NCBI GenBank assembly: GCA_965198065.1
Contig: CBDAON010000004.1
Coordinates: 320,001 to 384,000 of the forward strand
Length of the DNA stretch: 64,000 bases
DNA from: Longimicrobiales bacterium
Lineage (GTDB): Bacteria > Gemmatimonadota > Gemmatimonadetes > Longimicrobiales > Gaopeijiaceae
Direction: 5' to 3'
The notes below the pieces were generated by a model. That model was not told where the DNA came from. It made no database searches and saw only the letters and a list, made by a program, of their open reading frames with translations. The position numbers and the translations under genes are program-made. Positions 29,089 to 39,494 of the stretch are shown piece after piece (position 1 is the first letter of the stretch; every line of letters begins with the position of its first letter).

Positions 29089-30457
29089 ATGCGTCGTACG
29101 CTCTGGAGCACGGGAGGCGCCCTGGCGCTCGCCTTGGTGGCGGGTGGACCCCAGCAGCATCCTTCGCCCCGGGACCTTCGGGCGGGACCTGTTCGCCGTG
29201 CGTCCCAGCTTCGGGCGGGGGGAGCGCTTCCAGCTGGGGATCACCGCGCTCCACGTGCGCGACGACGTGGGCTCGATCTCCAACCTGCGCACGAACCCCG
29301 ACGCGAACGGTAGCACCCAGTCGGTGAACCGCCTTCCCAAGGACAACCTGGCCCTGGGTACCGACATGACGCTGCGCTTCCTCTCGGGTCGCCTGCTCCT
29401 GCAGTACGAGAACGCAATCTCGCTCCTCGCGAACGACATCTCTGGCGGACCGCTCAGCCGCAGGCAGATCGACTCGCTCCTGGTCGAGTTGAATGAGGAT
29501 CCTCTCGACATCGACTTCGATCCACTGGAAGCTGCTGGGCCGCGTTCGTGAAGCCGCTTTCGGGCCACCGTCACGGCGGGCAGGCACTGCTCGGATCGAG
29601 GGGCACGAGTGACGCGTCACTACCTGTCGGCCGAGTGGCGCTCGATCGGAGGCGCGTACTACTCGCTCGGACACCCAGCCCTCCAGCGCGACCAGCGCGG
29701 GTACCGGGTGCACGACTCGTTCACGCTCCTCGACCGGTCGCTGGCCCTGTCACTCGGCTTCGAGCAGGACGAGGACAATCTGGCCGACGTCAAGGCGGCC
29801 ACGACGACTTCGTCCGGAGTGTTCGCGGACTTGAACTGGCAGGCCGCGCCGGACCGGCCGGGGGTGAACGCCTCCATCCGCGTCGGCTCGCGCACGAACG
29901 ATCTGCCCGAGGGGGAGGACGGAGCACTCGACGAGTCGAGTCGGACGTTCGGGCTCGGCATCCTCTATCCCGTGACCCTGGTCGAGGGCCTCCGCACGCG
30001 CATCAACGTAAACTGGTCGCTCATCACCCGAGACGACCCCAAGAACGAGTTCGTGGGGTCGAGCAACCACTACTACCTCGCGGGGGTCTCGGGAGAGACG
30101 CTGGACCGGGGGACCGAGTTCAGCCTGATGTACGGACTCAACCGCTCCGTGCTGACCGAATTCGACAACGTGCACACGGACTTCCGCCGCGTGCAGGCCA
30201 CCGGTCGCCGCCAGATCACAGAGCGCTGGACCGCGCTCGGCGACGGCACCCTCACGCTGGCGCGGACGCCCGAGGAAGCTCTCGAGTTCGGCCTGATCTA
30301 CAATCGGAACGAGCTGATGCTGGGCGGCGAGTTCGAGTGGACGTCGTCCTCGTTCGTCACGTTCCAGGCGGGGGTCGTCTCTTACGCGGACGACCGGTTC
30401 CCTGAGCGGGACACGACGGAGATTCTGACCCGCCTCCGGGTGAACCGGCCCTTCTGA
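29089..30457 (+). pseudogene. Disrupted secreted/outer-membrane beta-barrel protein
   Basis: Signal peptide at 29089 is joined out of frame to the barrel region (29144-29551). A scrambled segment lies at 29528-29617. The C-terminal barrel (29609-30457) ends in Phe. Confidence 0.7.
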
Positions 30458-30467
30458 CCGGACGGCA

Positions 30468-32565
30468 ATGGCCCTTGGGGCGGCGCGCGGGCGGATCCTA
30501 CTCCTCCTACTAGGGGTGGCGCTCGCCGCGCCTCTCCTCTCGTTGGTAATCGCGGAGGCCAGGGTCGGGCGCACGCTCGAGCGCCGGTTCTACGACAGCT
30601 GGTTCAGCTTCCGCGGACCCCTTCCGCGCCCCACGGACGTCGTTCTGGTTCCGATCGACGTCGAGTCCGAGCAGTCGCTCGGCCGCTATCCCTGGACCCG
30701 GGACTGGCACGCGAAGCTCGTGGAGAACCTGGCCCGAGCCGGCGCCAGCGTGGTCGCGTTCGACGCGACGTTCGCGGACGCGTTTCCAGCCCAGGATTCG
30801 ATTCTCCGGAGAGTGATCGACGAGACCGGAGTCACGGTTCTGGGCGCGAAGTCGAACGTGATCTTCACGCGGAACGCGCAGGGTGTGAGCCTGGAGGAGC
30901 CCGCCGGGGATCTCAGGGGCGCCCCGATCGGGATCGTGGACATCAGCCCCGACGCCACCGACGACATCATCCGGGAGTATCCGATCGTCCACGAGTACCC
31001 GCAGGGGCGGGTCCCGCAGCTGGGCGTGAAGGCGGCCCTCCTCCACCTGGGGCTCCCGGACCAGGCGCTCCAGACTACGCCCACGGGGTGGCGGATCGGT
31101 GAGCGCGAGATCCCGCGCGGCCCAGGCGGGGGGATGCTCGTGAACTTCCTGGGGACGGCGGGCTCGGTCTCTTCCTACTCGTACGCGTACGTCGTGGACG
31201 ACGCATACACCGACATCGGGGACTGGGACCTCGACACGTACGAGGATTTCCTGGCGGACAGCACGTTCCAGGACAAGGTCGTCCTCATCGGCTCGACGAT
31301 CCCGGAGGACCAGGACCTCCACGCGACTCCGTTCCGTGAGATCGCCGGGAGCCCGGGCGCAGTTCGCACTGCAGGAGTGGATATCCACGCGCACGCGGTC
31401 GCCACGATCCTCTCGGGCGCCCACCTCCGCCAGGTCTCCCGGCCGATCCAGTATGCCTGGACCCTCCTCCTCGCGCTCTTCGTCACCTCGCTCGCCCCGA
31501 AGGCCCGGGCCCTGTTGGGGGGCGGGCGTGGCCCTCATGATCGGCGGTGCCGCTCTCTATGCCGCCTGGTATCTCTTCGCCCGGGAGGGCCTCTGGCTCT
31601 GGAGCGTCGCACCGCTACTCTCCGTGGGGTTCTCGTACGCGGGGTCGAACGTGGCCCTCTATATGGCCGAGGAACAGGAGAAGGCGCGGATCCGAGGGAT
31701 GTTCCAACAGTACGTGGCTTCGTCGGTAGTGGACGAGCTGATCGAAAAGCCCGAGCTCCTGAGCCTCGGAGGAGAGGAGCGGGTCCTCACCGTTCTCTTC
31801 AGCGACGTGGCGGGCTTCTCGACGATCTCGGAGGGGCTAACGCCGAAGGCCCTCGTCGAGCTCCTGAACGAATATCTGACGGCCATGACGGAGATCATCC
31901 TCGAAGAGGGCGGGATCATCGACAAGTACCAGGGGGACGCGATCATGGCCGAGTTCGGCGCGCCCGTCCCGCTCAAGGATCATCCCGTGCGGGCGTGTCG
32001 CGCCGCGCTCCGCATGAGCGCGACGCTGGCCCGCCTCAGGGAAAAGTGGAAGGAGGAGGGAAAGCCGCTTCTCGAGGCCCGGGTCGGGATCAACACCGGA
32101 GAGATGCTCGTCGGGAACCTCGGCAGCCACCGCATCATGGACTACACAGTCATGGGCGACCAGGTGAATCTCGCCTCCCGCCTGGAAGGGACGAACAAGC
32201 TGTACGACACGGAAGTCATGGTTTCCGAGTTCACCTGGGAGGCCGTCAAGGACCACATGGTCGGCCGCGAGCTCGATCGAATCCGCGTGAAGGGGAAGAA
32301 CGAGCCGGTGAGGATCTTCGAGATCTTGGCCGCACGCTCAAACGGCGCCCCCCCCGACCTCTCGGACCTTCTCGAGCGCTTCAGCCAGGAGCTCGGCCTT
32401 TACGTGGAGCGGCGATTCGAAGAAGCGAGGGCCTCGTTCGAGGCCCTCGCTCGCGACTTTCCCGAAGACGGCCCGACCGCGCTTTACATGGAGCGCTGCG
32501 CCGAATACGCCCAGAGCCCTCCGCCCGCGGACTGGGACGGCGTGTACACGATGAAGACCAAGTAG
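30468..32565 (+). CDS. CHASE2-domain class III adenylate cyclase; +1 frameshift in G run 31517-31522
   Basis: CHASE2 (LGRYPWTR, DLHATP, GVDIHAH), TMs, VLFSDVAGFS, DKYQGDA, DYTVMGDQVNLASRLE, WDGV tail. Confidence 0.92.
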
Positions 32566-32568
32566 GGG

Positions 32569-34158
32569 TTACTCCAGCGGCCGCGAAATCACACACGCGT
32601 TCACGCCGCCGACTCCCATGGAGAGCTTTCCCATCGGCTTCCTGGGGGCGGGACAACCCGTGTCGTACACGAACGCGTCGTGCAGGTCGGCGATCTCGGC
32701 GTTCACCTCCCCCTTCTTGAGCGGAGTCGGGAACAGCCGCCCTCGCTCGGCCCCCAGGTACTGGGCCGTCAGCTCCCAGCCTCCTCCGGCGCTCATGCCG
32801 TGCCCAAACGTCCCCTTTCGAGCCGTGACGAGAACGTCGGCCGGAAGCAGGTCCCTCAGGTTCTCCACCTCGACGTAGTCGCCCGGGGTGGCGGTCGCGT
32901 GGAGGTCCCAGCTCCCTATCTCCTCCGGGGGGATCCCCGCCACCTCGAGCGCCTGGCGGATAGCCGATTGGGGTCCCTCCCTGGACGGCGTGATGATGTG
33001 GTCCGCGTCGGACGAGACGCCAACGGCGACCGGCTCCATTCCGAGGGGCCGGAACCCCTTCCCTTCCATGAACGCCCGGTCGCCCACGATCCAGACGACG
33101 GCCCCACCCGCAACGTGCGCGCCCCGGAGGCCCGTAAGGGGCTTCGACACCCTGCCGCCCGCGGCGAGCACCCTCCCCCTGTAGAAGGCTCCGACGATCA
33201 GGGGGTGCGGAGGCGGGTCCGTCGCGCCGATCACTACGGCCTTTGCTTCCCCGCGGCGGATCGCGTCCATGGCCACCTTCAGGCAAACGCCGAAGGTCGC
33301 GCACGCCGCCACCGGCGCGAAGGAGAATCCCGTAATGCCGCCCAGCATCGAGACCTGGGCCGCGGCGGTGTTCGGGATGTTCCAGAGCACGTTAGACGAA
33401 ACCTGGGCCCACGGAGGATCGGGCACCCCCCAGAGCTCCTGGAGCTTGGCGCGACTCCGTGCCTTGTCACGGATGAGCTTGAGCTTCCCGGCCTCCACCT
33501 CCCCACCCACAGACGCCTCCTCGATCTCTGCGAGCCCCTCGAGATACCTCCGGAGATCCGGAGAGCGCGCCGCCCAATAAGCGTTCCAAACGCGCGCGGC
33601 ATCGTGCCGATCGTCCTCGTCCTCGATCCCGGAAGGATCCGGGGGAACGTCTCCCAGCTCGGCCCTCACACGATCGGGATTCTCCTCGTAGCGGAAGCGA
33701 TCTGGGCATCGGGCCGGCTCGGCCCAGAAGCGGTCCCAGACGCGCTGCGCGCGATCCAACTCGAGCGTCACGCCGTGGATCGTCGGGAGCGAGCCCATCC
33801 CGATCCCTAGGTACACGTGCGCCTGGGGACCAAGATCCTGGAGGAGCGTCTCGATCCCCGGGTTCTGCCCAAGCGCCTGGATGAAGGCCCCCACCGCGTA
33901 GAGCGCGGTGGCCTCCATCTTGGACGTCAGCTGACGGAAGCGCGTGGGGGGGAAGCGGGCGTCGATCCAGGCACGATAGTCCGCGAGGTCGAACTCCGGG
34001 ACCCCGACGAGGAAGGAGCTCGGACCGAACTCTTCGAACCGCTCGAGCCAGCTCTCCGAGGTCTCGAGGTTCTTTCGGAACGTCTCGATGTTCGGAGACC
34101 GGGGGGCCACGATTCCCCAGCCGTAGACGCCGATCCGGGGTGATGGTCCCTCCGTCAC
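32569..34158 (-). CDS. Stand-alone beta-ketoacyl synthase (KAS I/II-like) with large insertion
   Basis: AACAT (Cys), LHATAT (His), KGTFGHGM (His), SSDADHII, MGVGGVNA. Confidence 0.85.
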   Translation of the reverse strand: MTEGPSPRIGVYGWGIVAPRSPNIETFRKNLETSESWLERFEEFGPSSFLVGVPEFDLADYRAWIDARFPPTRFRQLTSKMEATALYAVGAFIQALGQNPGIETLLQDLGPQAHVYLGIGMGSLPTIHGVTLELDRAQRVWDRFWAEPARCPDRFRYEENPDRVRAELGDVPPDPSGIEDEDDRHDAARVWNAYWAARSPDLRRYLEGLAEIEEASVGGEVEAGKLKLIRDKARSRAKLQELWGVPDPPWAQVSSNVLWNIPNTAAAQVSMLGGITGFSFAPVAACATFGVCLKVAMDAIRRGEAKAVVIGATDPPPHPLIVGAFYRGRVLAAGGRVSKPLTGLRGAHVAGGAVVWIVGDRAFMEGKGFRPLGMEPVAVGVSSDADHIITPSREGPQSAIRQALEVAGIPPEEIGSWDLHATATPGDYVEVENLRDLLPADVLVTARKGTFGHGMSAGGGWELTAQYLGAERGRLFPTPLKKGEVNAEIADLHDAFVYDTGCPAPRKPMGKLSMGVGGVNACVISRPLE

Positions 34159-34236
34159 CGAGCCTCCCCGCTCGACGCGCCGGGGATGATCCGCGCTATG
34201 GCGGCCCGCGCTGCCGGTGCCACGGCCCCGCAGGCC

Positions 34237-35547
34237 TCAGCCCCTCTTCGCATTGGGGACGTAGGAGCGCTCCCCACTCCCCAGATAGACCTGACGGGGC
34301 CGGGCGATCTTCTGCTCCCGGTCCGAGAGCATCTCCTCCCACTGCGCAAGCCAGCCCACGGTCCGGGGAATCGCGAAGAGCACGGGGAACATCTCGACGG
34401 GGAACCCCATCGCCTGATAGATGAGCCCGGAGTAGAAATCCACGTTCGGATAGAGGTTCCGTGACACGAAGTAGTCCTCCCCGAGCGCAATCCTCTCCAG
34501 CTCGATCGCGATGTCCAGGAGCGGGTTCCGGCCGGCCACCTCGAAGACGTCGTGCGCCGTCTTCTTGATGATGCTCGCCCGGGGATCGTAGGCCTTGTAG
34601 ACGCGGTGCCCAAAGCCCATGAGCCGTCGCTCCCCAGCCTTCACCCGCTCGATGAACGCCGGGACCTCCTTCACGTCTCCGATCTCGCTTAACATCCGGA
34701 GGACCGCCTCGTTGGCCCCACCGTGGAGCGGCCCGTAGAGCGCAGCCATGGCTCCGGCCAGCGCCGAGAACGGGTCCGACTGCGAGCTTCCGATGACCCG
34801 CATGGCGGTCGTCGAGCAGTTCTGCTCGTGATCCGCGTGCAGGATGAAGAGCACGTCCAGGGCACGCTCGAAGACCGGGCTCGGGTCGTACTCCTTCACC
34901 CCGATCCGGAAGAGCATATTCAGGAAGTTCCCGGTGTAGGAAAGCCGATTCTCGGGATAGACGTACGGAAGACCCAAGTGGTGGCGGAACACGAACGCCG
35001 CGAGGGTGGGCATCTTCGCCACCAGCCGGACCACCTGGGTCCAGCGACTGGCGGGATCCAGGACGTTCTTGGCCCCCGGATAGAACGTGGAGAGGGCCCC
35101 GACCGCGGAGATCATCATCCCCATGGCGTGGGCGTCGTACCGGAACGCGCCCAGGAGCTTGGTGATGTTCTCGTGGATGTACGTGTGGTACGTGATCTCG
35201 TGAGTGAAAGCGTCCAGCTCGGAGTGCGTGGGGAGCTCGCCCTTCACGACTAGGTATGCGACTTCGAGGAAGGTCGCCTGCTCGGCCAGCTGCTCGATCG
35301 GGTAGCCACGGTACCGGAGAATCCCCTTCCCGCCGTCTATCTCCGTGACCGTGCTTCGCGTCGATGCTGTGTTCGTGTACGCGGGGTCGTACGCCATCAT
35401 CCCGAAGTCGCCATCGTTCACCCGGATCTGGCGGAGGTCCATGGCCCGGATCACGTCCCCCTCTAGGATCTCGATCTCGCACTCCTTGCCCGTCCGGTTG
35501 TCACGAACTGAGAGGCTGTTCCTGTAGTCCTTACCGCTGCCGGTCAT
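34237..35547 (-). CDS. gltA: Citrate synthase
   Basis: YDPAYTNTAS, LRYRGYPIEQL, HADHEQNCST, GPLHGGANE, GFGHRVY, YPNVDFYSG. Confidence 0.97.
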   Translation of the reverse strand: MTGSGKDYRNSLSVRDNRTGKECEIEILEGDVIRAMDLRQIRVNDGDFGMMAYDPAYTNTASTRSTVTEIDGGKGILRYRGYPIEQLAEQATFLEVAYLVVKGELPTHSELDAFTHEITYHTYIHENITKLLGAFRYDAHAMGMMISAVGALSTFYPGAKNVLDPASRWTQVVRLVAKMPTLAAFVFRHHLGLPYVYPENRLSYTGNFLNMLFRIGVKEYDPSPVFERALDVLFILHADHEQNCSTTAMRVIGSSQSDPFSALAGAMAALYGPLHGGANEAVLRMLSEIGDVKEVPAFIERVKAGERRLMGFGHRVYKAYDPRASIIKKTAHDVFEVAGRNPLLDIAIELERIALGEDYFVSRNLYPNVDFYSGLIYQAMGFPVEMFPVLFAIPRTVGWLAQWEEMLSDREQKIARPRQVYLGSGERSYVPNAKRG

Positions 35548-35837
35548 TCTCCCGCCTCCCTAGTGGCCTGTAACGGATGAACCCTTGACATTCGACGAAC
35601 AGCTGGAGTCGCCCGGGTGCCCCACCCGCGGATCCAGGGGGGGGGGTACCCGCTCCACCGTCCCCCTCCGGAAGGGCCGAAAGATACCACGGTACGGAGT
35701 GCGGAGGCTACCGGGGGTCGGGGTGTCATGAGGCGTGTCTCAGCTCGCCCCTTGCCGCACACGTCTCCGCTGAAAAGGTTGTTACCGGAACGCCACGACG
35801 GACCCCTCGCCAATCCGACTGAGAAGGAGCCGCACCC

Positions 35838-36122
35838 ATGGCCGCACTCTTCGAAGTCCACCACGCCGTGAACCTCAAGGATCGGTACCTCTTCGGCCTC
35901 GTGGGTGTCATCGAGGAGGGGATGGTTCACACGGGGATGGCCGCATCCCTGGCGGACGAAGAGGACGGAAGGGACTTTGCGGGAAAGGTGCACGGCGTGG
36001 AGTTCCTCGGCGTGGACGGCGTGCAGGAGCCCACCCTGACGTTCCACTACCGTGACCCCGAGAAGCTCAGGCGTTGGGAGTCCATCGACTGGGAGGGGAG
36101 GAAGGTCCGCCTGGAGTGGTGA
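35838..36122 (+). CDS. Small protein resembling translation-GTPase domain II beta-barrel
   Basis: AAGGAG RBS. LFEVHHAVNLKDRYLFGLVGVIEEGMVHTGM...KVHGVEF parallels the EF-Tu domain II pattern (judged by eye). Confidence 0.6.
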   Translation: MAALFEVHHAVNLKDRYLFGLVGVIEEGMVHTGMAASLADEEDGRDFAGKVHGVEFLGVDGVQEPTLTFHYRDPEKLRRWESIDWEGRKVRLEW

Positions 36123-36176
36123 AGTAGCCTCCCGATCGAGGGAGGCCAGAGTGAGTCCATCGATTAGGGAGGTAGC

Positions 36177-38270
36177 ATGCCGTCAGCGAAGGAGTTCCCC
36201 ACCGAGCGCATCCGCAACGTCGCCGTCCTCGGGCACGCCGGATCGGGCAAGACCACCCTGGTCGACGCGCTCTGCTATGCCGCCGGCTCGGCCACGCGAA
36301 AGGGGAACGTCCAGGACGGGCACGCCGTCACCCTGACCACTCCGGAGGAGATCTCCCACCGCGTCTCCATGCAGCTCACTCCGGCTTTCGTGGAGTGGGA
36401 AGACACGAAGATCAATCTGCTCGACACGCCCGGGTACCTGGACTTCACCGGGGAGGCCGTTGCCGCAGTTCGGGCCGCGGACGCGGCGATCATCTTAGTC
36501 AGCGCGACCGCGGGGGTCGAGGTGGGGACCGAGAAGGTTTGGGAGTACTGCGAGGCCCGCGGCATCCCGCGCATCGTGGTGGCGTCCATGATGGACAAGG
36601 AGCACGCGGACTTCGACTCGGCGTTCCAGGACGTGAAGGAGCGGCTCACAGAGAAGGTCGTCTCGATCGAGATCCCGATTGGATCCGGTGAAAGCTTCCG
36701 GGGGCTCGTGAACCTGTTCCGTGAGCAGGCGCACATCTACAAGGCCCCCGACGGTAAGGGGGAGTTCGACGTGAGCGATGTTCCGGAGGAGCTCCAGGGA
36801 CGCTTCGAGGAGTGGCGCACGGAACTCCAGGAGACGCTCGCCACGTTGGACGAGGAGCTGCTGGAGCAGTACCTGGAGGGCGGAAAGATCGCGCGCGAGG
36901 AAGCCATTCAGGCAATGGCCCAGGGAATGAAGCGGCGCGAGGTCTTCCCGGTGCTCCTCGGATCCGGTCGGCACGGGTACGGGACGCGAGCGCTCCTCCA
37001 CAGGATCGTCCAGCTCCTCCCGAACCCGGCGGAGGCGACGCCCAATACCGCCCGCCCCGCGAGTGGGGGCGACGAGACGATCACCTTGAAGGCGTCGGAC
37101 GAGGAACGGTTCGCGGCGCTCGTATTCAAGACCACGGCCGAGCCCCACGTCGGCCACCTCTCGATCTTCCGGGTCGTGAGCGGTTCCGTGAAGAACGGAG
37201 CCCAGGTTCTGAACGTCGAGCGGAACGCCTCGGAGAAGCTGAACCATCTGTCGGTCCCCTTCGGGAAGGAGCGCCCGGACGTCCCCGAGCTGCACGCCGG
37301 AGACATCGGAGTCGTGGCTAAGCTCCGTGACACGCACACGAACGACACGCTGGCCGACTCGGGGCGCCCCGTCGTCCTTCCCGGCGTGCGCTTCCCACGC
37401 CCCGACATCACCCTGGCCGTGCGAGGCGTCGCCCGGAGCGACGAGGACAAGCTCGGGGAGGTGCTCGCGAGTCTCCGCGAGGAGGACCCGTGCTTCCAGT
37501 TCGAGTTCAACGCCGAGCTCCACCAGACGATCGTGCGCGGGCTCGGCGAGCTCCACCTCGACGTCCAGATCGAGAAGATGGCTCGGAAGTACGGCGTCAC
37601 GGTCGAGACGGAGCAGCCGAGGATCGCGTATCGTGAGACGATCACGAGGAAGGCCGAGGCCCACGGCCGCTTCAAGAAGCAGACGGGGGGCCGTGGCCAG
37701 TTCGGGGACTGCTGGATACGGTTGGAGCCCCTCGCGCCGGGCGAGGGCTACGAGTTCGTGAACTCGATCAAGGGCGGGGCGATTCCGGGGAAGTTCGTGC
37801 CCTCCGTGGATCGCGGGATCCGCGAGGCTGCGGCCAAGGGCGTGCGCGCCGGCTATCCGGTGGTCGACTTCAAGGCGGTGTGCTACGACGGGGGGTACCA
37901 CGCCGTGGACTCCTCGGACATCGCCTTCCAGGTGGCCGGATCCCTCGCGTTCCGTCAGGCGGTGGAGAGCGCGGGAGCGGTCCTGCTCGAGCCGATCATG
38001 AAGGTTCGCGTCACAACCCCCGACTCGCACGTAGGGGACATCCTCGCCGACATCACCCAGCGGCGGGGGAAGGTCCTCGGAATGGAGGGGGATTCAGGCC
38101 GGACCACCGTGAAGGCGAGAGTGCCGGAGGCAGAGCTCTACAAGTATGCCGCGGCCTTACGCGCGATGACGCAGGGAAGAGCGCACCACGAGAGGGAGTT
38201 GGTGGCCTATGAGGCCGTTCCCGACGTGGTGACCAAGCGGATCATTGGAGAGGTCGAGAAGGCGTCCTAG
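36177..38270 (+). CDS. fusA: Elongation factor G paralog (EF-G II/FusA2-like)
   Basis: GHAGSGKTT, LLDTPG, GLGELHL, YRETI, KKQTGGRGQFG, YHAVDSS, LLEPI; divergent switch I and G4. Confidence 0.93.
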   Translation: MPSAKEFPTERIRNVAVLGHAGSGKTTLVDALCYAAGSATRKGNVQDGHAVTLTTPEEISHRVSMQLTPAFVEWEDTKINLLDTPGYLDFTGEAVAAVRAADAAIILVSATAGVEVGTEKVWEYCEARGIPRIVVASMMDKEHADFDSAFQDVKERLTEKVVSIEIPIGSGESFRGLVNLFREQAHIYKAPDGKGEFDVSDVPEELQGRFEEWRTELQETLATLDEELLEQYLEGGKIAREEAIQAMAQGMKRREVFPVLLGSGRHGYGTRALLHRIVQLLPNPAEATPNTARPASGGDETITLKASDEERFAALVFKTTAEPHVGHLSIFRVVSGSVKNGAQVLNVERNASEKLNHLSVPFGKERPDVPELHAGDIGVVAKLRDTHTNDTLADSGRPVVLPGVRFPRPDITLAVRGVARSDEDKLGEVLASLREEDPCFQFEFNAELHQTIVRGLGELHLDVQIEKMARKYGVTVETEQPRIAYRETITRKAEAHGRFKKQTGGRGQFGDCWIRLEPLAPGEGYEFVNSIKGGAIPGKFVPSVDRGIREAAAKGVRAGYPVVDFKAVCYDGGYHAVDSSDIAFQVAGSLAFRQAVESAGAVLLEPIMKVRVTTPDSHVGDILADITQRRGKVLGMEGDSGRTTVKARVPEAELYKYAAALRAMTQGRAHHERELVAYEAVPDVVTKRIIGEVEKAS

Positions 38271-39482
38271 CGATCCGCGGCGGAGATGCGGCAGTTCGCG
38301 TCGCGGGTGACCCGGCAAGGGCCTCAATCTCCGTCACCGCGCGGCTCGTGCCGTCCTCCTCCGTCCGAACACGGCGACCGAGCGCCTCCGCGCGCTCGCG
38401 GTACCGAGCATCCGTCACGATGTCCCGCACACGGGCCGCCAGCCGTGCGGCCGTGAGGCGCCGAACCGGCAGGGGCGGAGGCGAGACGCCCAGGAGCCGC
38501 GCCCGCCCGGCCCAGAACGGCTGATCCATTCCAAACGGACAGCACACCTGGGGGCGCCCGGCCCGGACGGCAGCGCCCAGGGTTCCGGGGCCCCCATGGT
38601 GAATCACGACCGCGACGCGCGGCAGCAGCCACTCGTGTGGCACCCCCTCCCAGCCGTCCAGCGCCAGCACGCGACTCCCCTCCCCCCGAGCCGCGACCTC
38701 CCTCGGAGCCAGGGCACCCGACCCACGGGCCAGAAGGAGGCGTGCCCCCGTCGAGAGCACACCGTCCACGACCGCACGGGTCAGCTCGGTCGTCCGCGGG
38801 TGGGTCATGCTCCCGAAGCCGACGTAGACGGGTGGAGGGCCTGCCTCGAGAAAGCTCGTGAGCTCCGTCGGCGGCACCCACCCGTCGGGCGGCGGAAGGG
38901 TCCAGTACCCCACGGTCTTCCACTCCGGCTCCCAGTCCCCGGGCGTGGGCAGGACCGGTCCCGCCGCCACAGGTCACGCGTGCGGCGGATCGGGCCGAGG
39001 AGCATGTCGAGGACGCTATAGCTGGCCCGGTTCCCCCAGTTCCCCAGGGGTCGTCCCACCAAGAAAGTGGAGGGGAACTCGCGAGTGGGACAAAGCGTCG
39101 GGAGGGCACTCGCGAACACGACCGGGATCTTCCGGCGCTCCCCAATGTCAGACGCCGCGATCGCGCCCGGATGAGCGAGCAGGACGTCCGCCTCTTCGGT
39201 GGCGGAGAGACACTCGTTGAAAGCCCCGATCGCGCTCTCCCCGAAGGACCTCCAGCTCTCCATGAGGCCCGTGGGCGAGCGACTTTCGAGCACCGCTCTA
39301 AGACGCTTCAGCGGATCGTGGCTGAGAGGGATCCACGGGACGGCGTAGGGCTCGACCAGCCACCGGAAGCGTTCCGGGGCCGCGAGGACCACGGAGTGAC
39401 CGGACGCCAAGAGACCTCGAGCGAGCGCGACGTACGGCTGCACGTCGCCCCGGGATCCCAGCGAGAGGATAGCGACCCGCAT
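38242..39482 (-). pseudogene. GT1 (sterol glucosyltransferase-like) glycosyltransferase, split near 38955
   Basis: N-half GSRGDVQPYVAL; C-half PVYVGFGSM, HHGGPGT, DQPFWA in another frame; linker appears shortened. Confidence 0.85.
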
Positions 39483-39494
39483 CTCTCTCTCCGC

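Noticed and set aside
31517..31522. Phase variation or programmed frameshifting at G runs (also ~7880)
   Set aside because: The runs are only 6-7 bases and match typical long-read homopolymer errors.
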